In this document: in pieces, positions 39,362 through 49,242 of the stretch
Layout: the number at the start of each line of letters is the position of its first letter
Position numbering within the stretch: the first letter of the stretch is position 1
Origin: Actinomycetota bacterium
GTDB lineage: Bacteria; Actinomycetota; Actinomycetes; Nanopelagicales; Nanopelagicaceae
Direction of reading: 5' to 3'
DNA: 64,000 nt
NCBI GenBank assembly: GCA_009698845.1
Contig: WLPI01000001.1
Span: forward strand, 6,012-70,011
Program-made: the position numbers and the translations under genes
Notes under the pieces: generated by a model
What the model was told of the DNA's origin: nothing
Database searches by the model: none
What the model saw: the letters and a program-made list of their open reading frames with translations, nothing else

Positions 39362-40240
39362 GTGAGCAAGCCTATTAAGCGTGATTTTGGTGACCGAACC
39401 ATCCCTGCGTGGGTTACAGGTCCGGGCGGAGAATCATTTACTGACATTACATACGAAGTTGCAGATGGCATTGCAAAGATAACTATCAACCGGCCAGAAG
39501 TTCGTAATGCATTTCGTCCACAAACAATTATCGAACTTAAGTCTGCATTTGATTTGGCTCGCGACAACGCACAAGTTGGCGTCATTATTCTCACTGGTAA
39601 AGGTGATGAAGCATTTTGTTCTGGTGGAGACATCAGTGTTCGTGGAGATGATGGTTATCTCGGCGATGACAATCTTTCACAACAAGGCGTCGGCAGACTC
39701 AACGTTCTAGACTTACAAGTTCAAATTCGTCGCACACCAAAACCAGTTGTTGCAATGATTGCTGGTTGGGCAATTGGCGGCGGTCATGTACTCCATGTTG
39801 TCTGCGATCTTTCTATCGCTGCAGATAATGCAAAGTTTGGTCAGACAGGACCAATGGTTGGTTCATTTGATGGTGGTTATGGTTCGGGGCTATTGGCTGC
39901 GAGTGTTGGTCAGAAGAAAGCTCGCGAAATTTGGTTTCTTACTCGCCAATACGATGCGCAAGAAGCGCTATCGATGGGGCTTATCAACACAGTCGTCCCA
40001 CTGAAAGAGTTGGAAGCAGAAACAGTTTCATGGTGCCGCGAGATGTTACAAAACTCTCCGATGGCACTGCGACTTCTTAAGGCTTCAATGAACGCTGCAG
40101 ATGACGGTCTTGCTGGAGTTCAACAACTAGCAGGCGATGCAACTCTGCTCTTCTATTTATCTGAAGAAGGACAAGAAGGGCGCGATGCGTATAAAGAGAA
40201 GCGCAAGCCAGATTTTGGAAAGTTTCCGCGGCGTCCCTAA
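39362..40240 (+). CDS. menB: 1,4-dihydroxy-2-naphthoyl-CoA synthase
   Basis: [44 protein letters not shown]. Confidence 0.96.
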   Translation: MSKPIKRDFGDRTIPAWVTGPGGESFTDITYEVADGIAKITINRPEVRNAFRPQTIIELKSAFDLARDNAQVGVIILTGKGDEAFCSGGDISVRGDDGYLGDDNLSQQGVGRLNVLDLQVQIRRTPKPVVAMIAGWAIGGGHVLHVVCDLSIAADNAKFGQTGPMVGSFDGGYGSGLLAASVGQKKAREIWFLTRQYDAQEALSMGLINTVVPLKELEAETVSWCREMLQNSPMALRLLKASMNAADDGLAGVQQLAGDATLLFYLSEEGQEGRDAYKEKRKPDFGKFPRRP

Positions 40241-40257
40241 GTTTGAGACCTTAATTT

Positions 40258-41205
40258 ATGGATCAATCACTGCTCGAAAGTATGCGTGTAGTTGCGCTGC
40301 CAACGAAGACAAACTTTCGTGGCATTAACGTTCGAGAAGTTGCACTTTTTAAAGGCGAATATGGCTGGGGCGAATTTTCACCTTTTCTTGAATATGATTT
40401 TCGCGAATCTGCACCATGGTTAGCATCCGCAATTGAAGCTGCCACCAAGCCCCGTCCAGAGCTCTTTCGCCAATCAATTAAAGTAAATGGCACTATTCCA
40501 GCGCTTACTGATGCAGCAGATCTTGAAGGCATAGTTAATTCATTTCCTGGTGTGAATACTTTTAAAGTAAAAGTTGGCAATAACTTAAGTGAAGATATTG
40601 CTCGCCTTGCGAAAGTCAGGGCCTTGCGCCCACACGCAAAGCTTCGTATCGATGTCAACGGTAATTGGTCTGTACAAGAGGCAATCACAAATCTCCTTGC
40701 CATCTTCGAAAACATTGGCCCGCTGGAATATGTAGAACAGCCTTGTGCGACTATCGGCGAGCTACGCGAACTCAAAGAAAAATTGAAGATAGATATTCCA
40801 ATTGCCGCAGATGAAGTCCTACGAAAAGCACTCGATCCGTTTGCAATTAATCTCCAAGGTGCAGCCGACATCCTGATGTTGAAAGTACAACCACTTGGGG
40901 GCATAAGTCGCGCACATAAACTTGCCCAGCATCACAAGCTCCCCGTTGTTATCTCTAGCGCTCTTGAAAGTGCCGTAGGAATAAATCATGGATTGCTTCT
41001 TGCTGCCTCGTTTCCCGAGATGAACTTTGATTGCGGACTAGGTACTGGTTCTTTACTGGCCAACGACGTCGCACAGTTGCCAATAGTTAATGGGGAAATT
41101 GGAATACAAGAGATCGAGCCTAGTTTTGGCGGATTAGATGTGGCACCAGAACGATATGAATGGTGGAAGAATCGCGTCATGAAGACTGCAGAGTTAATCT
41201 CATGA
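40258..41205 (+). CDS. menC: o-succinylbenzoate synthase
   Basis: FRGI.VRE, GWGEFSPFLEY, KVKV, RIDVNG.W, EQPC, DE, KVQPLGG, CGLGT. Confidence 0.93.
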   Translation: MDQSLLESMRVVALPTKTNFRGINVREVALFKGEYGWGEFSPFLEYDFRESAPWLASAIEAATKPRPELFRQSIKVNGTIPALTDAADLEGIVNSFPGVNTFKVKVGNNLSEDIARLAKVRALRPHAKLRIDVNGNWSVQEAITNLLAIFENIGPLEYVEQPCATIGELRELKEKLKIDIPIAADEVLRKALDPFAINLQGAADILMLKVQPLGGISRAHKLAQHHKLPVVISSALESAVGINHGLLLAASFPEMNFDCGLGTGSLLANDVAQLPIVNGEIGIQEIEPSFGGLDVAPERYEWWKNRVMKTAELIS

Positions 41206-42776
41206 ATGACTCAACAAAACTAGCTCGCGTCATCGTTAAGCAAATTCTTGAAGCAGGCGTTACCGATGTCGTCATCTCACCAGGTTCTCGAAATGCTCCG
41301 CTATCGCTGGCATTTTATGCGGCCCACAAACGCGGATTGATAAAGCTACACATCAGAATTGATGAACGTACTGCTGCATTTTTTGCACTTGGAATCGCAA
41401 AGGCTTCAGGTCGTCCTGTGCCGATTGTATGTACCAGTGGAACTGCTGTCGCTAATTACCACCCAGCTGTTTTAGAAGCATCACATACCAATCTTCCGCT
41501 GCTAGTACTCACCGCAGATCGCCCTGCTGCGTTGCGTAGAACCGGTGCGAATCAAACAACCGAGCAAGCACGAATTTTTGGTAAAGCAGTTCGATATTTC
41601 GCAGATGTTTCCGGTACTGCGTATCCGATGGACCTTCCCTTTAACTCTTTGCAAAGTGGACCAGTTCACTTAAATATTCAATTCGAAGAACCGCTTGTTG
41701 GAGACGACAGCGATGAGTGGTTGGACAACCTTGTAGTTTCAGCTCCTAAAGTTTTCACAAGAAAGCCACCAGGCACTTTCTACACAAAATCAACCAGGGG
41801 TGTACTTGTAATTGGCCACGACCGTGCAGGTTTTTCACTTGATGCGGTAACTGCATTTGCAAAAGAACTTGGCTGGCCAGTGATTGCTGAAGATCCACTT
41901 AGCTTTAGTAATGCAATTTCACACGCAAGCATTTTTCTGACATCCAGGAAAGTTGTTGAAGATCTAGCGCCAGATACAGTCGTTGTTATTGGACGAACAA
42001 CGCTTTCACGCTCAGTTAATTCCCTTATAGCGTGCGCACGTAAAGTAATCGCGATTGATCCACGAATGGCCACAGTAGATAGTGATAGGAGCGCTTCACA
42101 GAAGTTCCTTCAGCTGCCTGCTATCGAAGTGAACCAACCGGATTCTGACTATGCAGAAGCATGGAAAAAGTATTCCCTGCGAACATCTAAATTGATTTCA
42201 GATATCTCAACATGGTCTGAAGCACTCATCGCTCGCGAAATCGCATCTGGAATACCAATGGGCACATCTCTATTTATCTCTTCATCTCGTCCGATCCGAG
42301 ATATAGAAGGTTTTGCAGAAGCAAGAACTGGCGTTGAAACCTTTGCCAACAGGGGCCTTGCGGGCATTGATGGCAATATTTCAACGGCTCTTGGTATCGC
42401 ATCTCAAAGAACTGAAACTATCGCTGTTCTTGGAGATTTAGGATTTCTTCACGATCTGACCGGGTTAATTCATAAAGCAGAGATTAATCTGAAGATTTTT
42501 GTTATCAACAATGATGGCGGAGGAATCTTCTCTACTTTAAGCCAACGTGGTGTTGATGGATTCGAAACAGTATTCGGCACACCACACGGACTAGATCCAG
42601 CAAAGATTGCACAATCTATGGGGATTGCAGCCACAACTATCGCCAGTCAGAGCGAACTTATAACCGAGCTATCCAAGCCAATCACGGGCTTAAGCGTTGT
42701 CGTTATCAACGCACCAGATAGAAATACAAATGCGGATTTCCTTAAAGGGATTTATAACAACATCTCTTCAATGTAG
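41202..42776 (+). CDS. menD: SEPHCHC synthase
   Basis: SPGSRNAPL, IDER.A.F.ALG, CTSGTAVAN, TADRP, NRGLAGIDG, GDL.FLHD, NNDGGGIF. Start at ATG 41202 (ATGA overlap with menC). Confidence 0.95.
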   Translation: MNDSTKLARVIVKQILEAGVTDVVISPGSRNAPLSLAFYAAHKRGLIKLHIRIDERTAAFFALGIAKASGRPVPIVCTSGTAVANYHPAVLEASHTNLPLLVLTADRPAALRRTGANQTTEQARIFGKAVRYFADVSGTAYPMDLPFNSLQSGPVHLNIQFEEPLVGDDSDEWLDNLVVSAPKVFTRKPPGTFYTKSTRGVLVIGHDRAGFSLDAVTAFAKELGWPVIAEDPLSFSNAISHASIFLTSRKVVEDLAPDTVVVIGRTTLSRSVNSLIACARKVIAIDPRMATVDSDRSASQKFLQLPAIEVNQPDSDYAEAWKKYSLRTSKLISDISTWSEALIAREIASGIPMGTSLFISSSRPIRDIEGFAEARTGVETFANRGLAGIDGNISTALGIASQRTETIAVLGDLGFLHDLTGLIHKAEINLKIFVINNDGGGIFSTLSQRGVDGFETVFGTPHGLDPAKIAQSMGIAATTIASQSELITELSKPITGLSVVVINAPDRNTNADFLKGIYNNISSM

Positions 42777-42779
42777 AGA

Positions 42780-42864
42780 TACTGATTCCAGCTGGGTCAG
42801 TAACAGGGGTGATTTCCATTGATAACCCCGGGGTATTGTAGAAACCTAGTTCTTCACAGTTTCT
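42780..42864. repeat. Three tandem inverted repeats plus a 10-bp palindrome in the menD 3' intergenic region
   Basis: TACTGA(42780-85)/TCAGTA(42797-802), GGGGT(42806-10)/ACCCC(42825-29), palindrome ACCCCGGGGT(42825-34), AGAAAC(42840-45)/GTTTCT(42859-64). Confidence 0.6.
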
Positions 42865-42883
42865 CCACGAGTAATGTTGTCAT

Positions 42884-43036
42884 GTGCGGCGTGAAATGAA
42901 ACCTTCCAGAGTCTCGGACGCAATTAAAATTCTTAACGCAAGTGCGGAAGAAGTTAGCGTTGAACGAGATTCAAAGACTCGGAAATCAGCAGCCCCCAAG
43001 AAAGCTAAAAAGGTAACCCGCAAGCCACGCAAGTAA
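42884..43036 (+). CDS. Uncalled small basic protein (50 aa from GTG 42884, or 46 aa from ATG 42896) with a Lys/Arg-rich tail
   Basis: Manual translation MRREMKPSRVSDAIKILNASAEEVSVERDSKTRKSAAPKKAKKVTRKPRK*. TAATGT (42872-77)-N6-GTG fits the local leaderless pattern. The stop lies 6 nt from the convergent menF stop. Confidence 0.65.
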   Translation: MRREMKPSRVSDAIKILNASAEEVSVERDSKTRKSAAPKKAKKVTRKPRK

Positions 43037-43042
43037 AAGGCG

Positions 43043-44275
43043 CTATTTTTGGTCGGCCTGCAAAGCAGAGCGCATCGCTACCATTTTTGCATTACTTTCT
43101 TCGAGTTCTTTCTTGGGATCTGATCCAGCAACAATTCCGCAGCCTGCAAAAATTCTTATTGTGTGATCTGTAATCTGTCCGCAACGAAGTGCAATCCCAA
43201 GCTCTCCATCACCACTTGAGTCAATCCAGCCAACAGGGCCCGCATAACGTCCGCGGTTAAGTCCTTCAATTTCATCAATGATGTCAAAGGCGATATTGCG
43301 CGGAGTTCCGCACACTGCTGCTGATGGATGAAGGCTCTTCAGCAAAGAGAAAGCATCAATGTGCTGTTTTGTTTCAACCAGCGCACCAGTGACATCTGTG
43401 GCCAAATGCATGACATTTGCTAAGTGCAGAACAAACGGTGATTCAGGAACGTTTGTAGAAGAGCAGAACGGATCTAGAGCTTCGGCAACTGAGCGAACTG
43501 CATATTCGTGTTCTTCTAAATCTTTAGATGAACGAGCCAATGAAGCAGCTAGCGCTAAATCCTTTTCATCATCGCCAGTCTTTGGAATTGTTCCAGCCAA
43601 AACTCGAGAAGTAACCATGCCTCGTGAAAGACGGAGAAGTAGTTCAGGGGTTGCGCCAACGAGACCGTCTACAGAAAAAGTCCATGTGGATGGATATTCA
43701 TCGGCAAGCTTGCGCAGTATCGGGCGAACATCAATTTCAGACTGAGATGTTGCAATTACATCGCGTGCCAAAACAACTTTATCTACGGTATTTGTTGCCA
43801 CTCTAGAGATGGCTTCAGCTACTCGTTTCTGCCATTCATCTGATGAGAAGGTCCCTTCGGAAAAATCAAAACGTGCACCAGAAGCGTTGTCACGAACTTC
43901 ATTGAGATGTGGCTGTGGCGCCGAACCAATCCACGTAATCCAAGACTGCGAACCTTTCTGGCCCACCACCACTTGTGGAATAACAAGTACTGATTCATCG
44001 TTGCGATCGAATGAAAATGATGCGAAAAGGACTGGGCCGGTTCCACTTACGTGCACAGAGTTTGAAACTGAGAAAGTTTCAAGTTGCTGATGCCACCACT
44101 CGCGCGCTTTTTCAAAGCGATCGCGTCCTGAGACAGTTGTAGTTGCATGTATTCCCCAGCCAACAAGGCCTTCACCGCTTCGCACCCACGAAACAGGGTT
44201 AGCTTCTGGCAGAAGTTCTAGCAGCGGAAGATGTTCACCAATTCGTGCAGTGGTGACGGGGATAAGTGCAACCAT
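43043..44275 (-). CDS. menF: Isochorismate synthase
   Basis: KVVLAR, GATPELL, LAGT, KDLEEH, HLAT, LHPSAAVCGTP, RGRYAGPVGW, FAGCGIV. Confidence 0.92.
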   Translation of the reverse strand: MVALIPVTTARIGEHLPLLELLPEANPVSWVRSGEGLVGWGIHATTTVSGRDRFEKAREWWHQQLETFSVSNSVHVSGTGPVLFASFSFDRNDESVLVIPQVVVGQKGSQSWITWIGSAPQPHLNEVRDNASGARFDFSEGTFSSDEWQKRVAEAISRVATNTVDKVVLARDVIATSQSEIDVRPILRKLADEYPSTWTFSVDGLVGATPELLLRLSRGMVTSRVLAGTIPKTGDDEKDLALAASLARSSKDLEEHEYAVRSVAEALDPFCSSTNVPESPFVLHLANVMHLATDVTGALVETKQHIDAFSLLKSLHPSAAVCGTPRNIAFDIIDEIEGLNRGRYAGPVGWIDSSGDGELGIALRCGQITDHTIRIFAGCGIVAGSDPKKELEESNAKMVAMRSALQADQK

Positions 44276-44875
44276 TTAGCGATTCAGGCTGCGTGAAATT
44301 CGTCGCCATACAAGTGGAAGAGAAGTTGCAGTAATAGCAATTTTGATCGCCTCACCAAGAATAAATGGAGTGAATCCTGCAGAGATTGTTTGTGCCCAGG
44401 TGAGATTTAGCGAAGCTTGTAACCAGAGCAAACCGAAAGTGAAAATAATTGCGTCACCAAATAGAAGTGCTGGAAATGAAGTTCTAAATTTCTGATCTGC
44501 TTTTTTGTCAGCGAGGTATCCGAGCACTAAAGATGCAACGAGCATTCCCACCAGGTATCCGCCTGTTGCGCTAAGGAGGCGATCAATTCCATGATTTGCA
44601 GCGGTTGCAGAGGGAGCAAAAATCGGCGCTCCTGCAATTCCGGCCAAAAGATATGTTGCAAAAGTGAGAACTCCAAGGCGAGCGCCATAAGTAGTTCCGA
44701 TAAGGAGTACAGCCAAAGTTTGGCCAGTCACTGGCACTGGTGAACCCGGCACTGGAATAGCTATCTGCGCGAGCAGAGTAATAAAGCCAACCCCGCCTAC
44801 GACAAAGAGAGCATGGGTGAGAGCGGTGCTGTGAGGAAAGATAGTTGCACGCAGTGATCCTGATTGAATCGACAT
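44276..44875 (-). CDS. bioY: Biotin transporter BioY (solitary S component)
   Basis: PVPVTGQTLAV, YLLAGIAGAPIF, TGGYLVG, PFILGEAIK. Confidence 0.93.
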   Translation of the reverse strand: MSIQSGSLRATIFPHSTALTHALFVVGGVGFITLLAQIAIPVPGSPVPVTGQTLAVLLIGTTYGARLGVLTFATYLLAGIAGAPIFAPSATAANHGIDRLLSATGGYLVGMLVASLVLGYLADKKADQKFRTSFPALLFGDAIIFTFGLLWLQASLNLTWAQTISAGFTPFILGEAIKIAITATSLPLVWRRISRSLNR

Positions 44876-44944
44876 CGGTAGGCCCTCTCATCTGCAAAGA
44901 AGTAAAAGTTGTGTCCAGAGCCTACTCTCAGAGAGAATATGCGC

Positions 44945-45637
44945 ATGTCACGCGCCAATATGGATAAGAACCCTGAAGAAGTCGCGGCAATGTTCGACGG
45001 GGTCGCAAAGCGCTATGACCTTGTAAACGACCTACTGAGTCTTGGGCGCACGAAGGCATGGCGCCGAGCCACAACAAAAATCATTAACCCCCTCCCAGGC
45101 ATGAAAATTCTCGACTTGGCTGCGGGTACGGGTTCGAGCTCTGAGCCCCTTGCACAGGCCGGCGCGGATGTAATCCCAGCTGATTTCAGCGAAGGCATGC
45201 TGGCTGCAGGCCGCAAAGCGCGCCCGGCTTTGGCCTTCACCAAAGCTGATGCCCTCAATCTTCCTTTCAAAGATGGCGAATTCGATTTAGTGACTATCTC
45301 CTTTGGACTTCGAAACACCCAGAACACCGAACGGGCGCTCGCTGAAATGCTCAGAGTCACCAAATCGGGTGGCCATATCGTCATCTGTGAATTCTCTAGC
45401 CCGACCTTTGGTCCATTTCGCACCATTTACACCAATTACCTGATGAAGGCGCTCCCTGCGATTGCCTCAAAGACATCATCAAATCCTGATGCCTACATTT
45501 ACCTAGCAGAATCCATCAGGGCATGGCCAAATCAATCCGCGCTGGCTGCCAAGATATCGGCGGCAGGATGGTCAGATGTCACCTGGAGTAATCTCACAGG
45601 CGGAGTTGTCGCAGTTCACAAGGCCAGCAAGCCGTAA
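44945..45637 (+). CDS. menG: Demethylmenaquinone methyltransferase
   Basis: [45 protein letters not shown]. Start chosen at ATG 44945 (MSRANMDK). Confidence 0.94.
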   Translation: MSRANMDKNPEEVAAMFDGVAKRYDLVNDLLSLGRTKAWRRATTKIINPLPGMKILDLAAGTGSSSEPLAQAGADVIPADFSEGMLAAGRKARPALAFTKADALNLPFKDGEFDLVTISFGLRNTQNTERALAEMLRVTKSGGHIVICEFSSPTFGPFRTIYTNYLMKALPAIASKTSSNPDAYIYLAESIRAWPNQSALAAKISAAGWSDVTWSNLTGGVVAVHKASKP

Positions 45638-45663
45638 TTGTTTCACGGCTCTGATTAACCGCT

Positions 45664-45669
45664 TAGAAT
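45664..45669 (+). promoter_or_regulatory. -10 element of a leaderless nuo operon promoter
   Basis: TAGAAT-N7-GTG(45677); no SD. Confidence 0.6.
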
Positions 45670-45676
45670 TTCGCTC

Positions 45677-46042
45677 GTGAGCGGAAATCCATATATCCCA
45701 ATTATCGTGATTTTCGCGATTGGCTTTGGTTTTGCCGCTTTTTCCGTTGCGATTGCAGCCGTCACGGGGCCGGCTCGCTATAACCGCGCAAAGCAACAGG
45801 CGTACGAGTGCGGAATCGAACCTTCGCCCCAAGCACTTCAAGGTGGACATTTTCCGGTCAAGTATTTCCTTACAGCAATGCTCTTTATTATTTTTGATAT
45901 TGAAATTGTTTTTCTTTATCCATGGGCAGTTACATTCGATCAGTTAGGTCTCTTCGGATTGGCTGAGATGGCAATTTTTATCAGCACCGTATTTGTTGCG
46001 TTTGCATATGTATGGCGTCGCGGCGGATTGGAATGGGATTAA
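45677..46042 (+). CDS. nuoA: NADH-quinone oxidoreductase subunit A
   Basis: YECG, KYFLTAMLFIIFDIE..FLYPWA, WRRGGLEWD. Confidence 0.96.
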   Translation: MSGNPYIPIIVIFAIGFGFAAFSVAIAAVTGPARYNRAKQQAYECGIEPSPQALQGGHFPVKYFLTAMLFIIFDIEIVFLYPWAVTFDQLGLFGLAEMAIFISTVFVAFAYVWRRGGLEWD

Positions 46043-46079
46043 TACTGATGGAGCTGAAAGCGTTGAAGGAGTTTAACTA

Positions 46080-46652
46080 GTGGGCCTAGAAGATAAGTTA
46101 CCGAGCGGTGTTCTACTTTCAACTGTAGAAGGCCTTGCGGGATACATGCGCAAAAGTTCTCTTTGGCCAGCAACTTTCGGACTCGCATGTTGCGCCATTG
46201 AAATGATGGCACTTGGTTCAACCCCAAAGCACGATATTTCACGCTTCGGCATGGAGCGTTTCTCTGCGTCCCCTCGTCAAGCAGATCTCATGATTGTCGC
46301 CGGTCGAGTTTCACAAAAAATGGCGCCAGTGCTTCGACAGATTTATGATCAAATGACAGCGCCAAAGTGGGTTATCTCGATGGGTGCGTGTGCTTCTTCT
46401 GGTGGAATGTTTAACAACTACGCGATTGTGCAAGGTGTTGATCACATTGTTCCTGTAGATATTTATCTTCCAGGATGTCCACCACGTCCAGAACAGTTGA
46501 TGGATGCAATCATCAAGCTACACACTCTCATTAGCGATACAAAGCTTGGCCCTAATCGCGAAGCTGTTATCAAAGAAGTTGAACTCGCTGCTATGAACGC
46601 GCTTCCTACCCATCAGTTAGGCAACATCCAAACGAAGGGGTTGCTGGCTTAA
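46080..46652 (+). CDS. nuoB: NADH-quinone oxidoreductase subunit B
   Basis: [29 protein letters not shown]. Confidence 0.97.
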   Translation: MGLEDKLPSGVLLSTVEGLAGYMRKSSLWPATFGLACCAIEMMALGSTPKHDISRFGMERFSASPRQADLMIVAGRVSQKMAPVLRQIYDQMTAPKWVISMGACASSGGMFNNYAIVQGVDHIVPVDIYLPGCPPRPEQLMDAIIKLHTLISDTKLGPNREAVIKEVELAAMNALPTHQLGNIQTKGLLA

Positions 46653-47288
46653 ATGAGCGAAGATCAAACAGGTATGTTCGGCGCTACAGGCACCGGAGAT
46701 ACCTCAGGATACGGCGGCCTTGTTCGCACAGCGGCATCAACTGGTTCAACAGAACGCCCATTTGGCGGATATTTTGATGAAGTGGCTGATGATTTAGAGC
46801 GCGCATATCCAGATTTTGCCGATGCAATTACACGAGTCGTTGTAGACCGTGGCGAATTAACTTTGCACATTAAGAAAACGAGATTACCTGAAGTTGCTTA
46901 CGTACTTCGCGACAAACTGAAATTCGAAATGTGCATGGGTGTCTCTGGAGTTCATTATCCAGAGCGCACCGGTGCAGAGCTTGTTGCGCTGTACCCACTT
47001 CTTTCAATGACAAAGAATCAACGCATTCGTTTAGAAGTTGCAACGTCTGATCTTGATCCACATATCCCATCAGTTGTTGAAATCTGGGCGGGAAATAACT
47101 GGCACGAGCGCGAAACCTTCGACATGTTTGGAATCATCTTCGATGGCCACCCCGGTCTTACTCGTATCTTGATGCCAGATGATTGGGACGGACATCCGCA
47201 ACGTAAAGATTATCCACTCGGTGGAATTTCAGTTGAGTACAAAGGTGCAACAACACCGGCGCCATCAAATCGTAGGAGCTACCAGTGA
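46653..47288 (+). CDS. nuoC: NADH-quinone oxidoreductase subunit C
   Basis: [22 protein letters not shown]...[10 protein letters not shown]. Confidence 0.96.
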   Translation: MSEDQTGMFGATGTGDTSGYGGLVRTAASTGSTERPFGGYFDEVADDLERAYPDFADAITRVVVDRGELTLHIKKTRLPEVAYVLRDKLKFEMCMGVSGVHYPERTGAELVALYPLLSMTKNQRIRLEVATSDLDPHIPSVVEIWAGNNWHERETFDMFGIIFDGHPGLTRILMPDDWDGHPQRKDYPLGGISVEYKGATTPAPSNRRSYQ

Positions 47289-48625
47289 CTACCACCTTTG
47301 ATCCATACGCATCTTCACGCGAAACCACAGAAGGAACAGTCTTCTCTGTTACTGGTGGAGATTGGGATTCACTTGTCTCTGAAATTGGAGAATCTAAAGA
47401 AGAGCGCATCATCGTTAACATGGGTCCACAGCACCCATCTACTCACGGTGTGCTTCGCTTAGTTCTAGAACTCGAAGGCGAAACTGTTACTGAAGTAAGA
47501 ACCGGTATCGGCTACCTGCATACAGGAATCGAGAAGAACATCGAATTCCGTAACTGGACACAAGCTGTCACATTTGCAACTCGTATGGATTACTTGTCGC
47601 CAATCTTTAATGAAACTGCTTACTGTCTTGCAGTAGAAAAACTCCTTGGAATTACTAACGATGTTCCAGAGCGCGCATCCGTAATCCGCGTTCTTATGAT
47701 GGAGCTCAACCGTATCTCTTCACACATGGTGGCACTGGGTACAGGAGCACTTGAACTCGGCGCAATGGCTCCAATGTTCTTTGCATTCCGTGACCGTGAA
47801 ATTGTTCTTGATACATTTGAAGAAATCACCGGCCTTCGCATGAATATGGCTTATGTGCGCCCTGGTGGAGTTTCTCAGGATCTTCCTGAGGGAATGAATG
47901 TGAAGTTACGCGAAGTTGTTAAGTCACTTCGCAAGAATTTTGGCGACAATGCAAAGTTGCTTATTGGTAACACAATCTGGATGAAGCGCACTGAAGGTAT
48001 TGGCTACTTGGATCTCGCGGGTTGTACAACTCTTGGAATCACAGGACCTGTACTTCGTTCGGCTGGACTTCCTTGGGATCTTCGCAAGATGCAGCCTTAC
48101 TGCGGATACGAAAATTATGAATTTGATGTCATCACAGCAGACACAGCAGATGTGTATGGACGCTTCTTAGTACGTATGGCTGAACTCGAGCAATCACTTC
48201 GAATTATCGAACAAGCAATTGATAAGTTGGACAAACTCGAAGGACAACCAGTGATGGTTGCAGATAAGAAAATTGCATGGCCAGCACAGTTAGCACTCGG
48301 TGCTGATGGACTTGGAAACTCACTTGATCACATCCGAGAAATCATGGGAACTTCAATGGAGTCACTCATCCACCACTTCAAGTTAGTTACCGAAGGATTT
48401 AGAGTTCCAGCTGGCCAGGTTTATGCAGCCGTCGAATCTCCACGCGGCGAACTTGCAGCTCATGTTGTTTCAGATGGGGGAACTCGTCCATATCGAGTCC
48501 ACTTCCGCGAACCATCATTTAATAATTTGCAATCTACATCGGCAATGAGCGAAGGCGGAATGGTCGCCGACATCATCGGCGCTGTTGCATCTATCGATCC
48601 TGTTATGGGGGGAGTAGATCGCTAA
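47285..48625 (+). CDS. nuoD: NADH-quinone oxidoreductase subunit D
   Basis: [43 protein letters not shown]. Confidence 0.97.
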   Translation: MTTTFDPYASSRETTEGTVFSVTGGDWDSLVSEIGESKEERIIVNMGPQHPSTHGVLRLVLELEGETVTEVRTGIGYLHTGIEKNIEFRNWTQAVTFATRMDYLSPIFNETAYCLAVEKLLGITNDVPERASVIRVLMMELNRISSHMVALGTGALELGAMAPMFFAFRDREIVLDTFEEITGLRMNMAYVRPGGVSQDLPEGMNVKLREVVKSLRKNFGDNAKLLIGNTIWMKRTEGIGYLDLAGCTTLGITGPVLRSAGLPWDLRKMQPYCGYENYEFDVITADTADVYGRFLVRMAELEQSLRIIEQAIDKLDKLEGQPVMVADKKIAWPAQLALGADGLGNSLDHIREIMGTSMESLIHHFKLVTEGFRVPAGQVYAAVESPRGELAAHVVSDGGTRPYRVHFREPSFNNLQSTSAMSEGGMVADIIGAVASIDPVMGGVDR

Positions 48626-49242
48626 TGTCACTTAACCACGAAGTAATGCAATCAATCATTAAGCGCTACCCACGTAGCCGTTCTGCAATCATGCCACTTC
48701 TTCACTACGTGCAATCAGTCTCTGGTTACGTAACAAATGAAGGCATCGAAACTATTGCAAAGATTCTCGACATTGAAACTGCTGAAGTATCGGCAGTTGC
48801 CACTTTCTATACGCAATATAAGCGTAAGCCAGTGGGCGAGTACCACGTAGGAGTGTGCACAAATACTTTGTGCGCAGTGATGGGTGGAGATGCAATTTTC
48901 TCAGCGCTCAAAGATCATCTTGATATTGAAAATGATGGCGTAACTGATGATGGAAAAGTTTCACTAGAGCACATCGAATGTAATGCTGCTTGCGATTACG
49001 CACCTGTTGTCATGGCTAACTGGGAGTTCTACGACAACCAAACAGTTGAATCTGCAAAGGCACTTGTAGATGCTGCGCGCCAAGGAAATCCACCAGCACC
49101 AACTCGTGGACCAAATCGACTTGTTACTTATAAAGAAGCATCGGCCGTACTTGCTGGACTTGATGACGGACTTGCACGTGAAGGTGTGCAAGCAGGCGGA
49201 CCAACACTTTTGGGTTTGAAACTTTCAAAGGAAGGTAAGTAA
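48625..49242 (+). CDS. nuoE: NADH-quinone oxidoreductase subunit E
   Basis: VATFY, CTNTLC, ECNAACDYAP 2Fe-2S ligands. Confidence 0.96.
   Translation: MSLNHEVMQSIIKRYPRSRSAIMPLLHYVQSVSGYVTNEGIETIAKILDIETAEVSAVATFYTQYKRKPVGEYHVGVCTNTLCAVMGGDAIFSALKDHLDIENDGVTDDGKVSLEHIECNAACDYAPVVMANWEFYDNQTVESAKALVDAARQGNPPAPTRGPNRLVTYKEASAVLAGLDDGLAREGVQAGGPTLLGLKLSKEGK

Noticed and set aside
40263-40904. Long antisense ORFs (213 aa here; also 51982-52512, 14922-15416, 39145-39633) and same-strand alternate-frame ORFs (e.g. 49981-50460)
   Set aside because: They are shadow frames of well-conserved genes, with no motifs and no initiation signals.
45061-45240. Locally high GC inside menG (40/60 and 38/60 G+C in lines 45121 and 45181) as a sign of horizontal transfer
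   Set aside because: The stretch is short, largely explained by Ala/Gly/Pro codons, the gene is in its ancestral position, and no mobility features flank it.
45638-45676. Possible Rex operator upstream of nuoA (TTGTTTCAC)
   Set aside because: It does not match the TTGTGAA-N4-TTCACAA palindrome.
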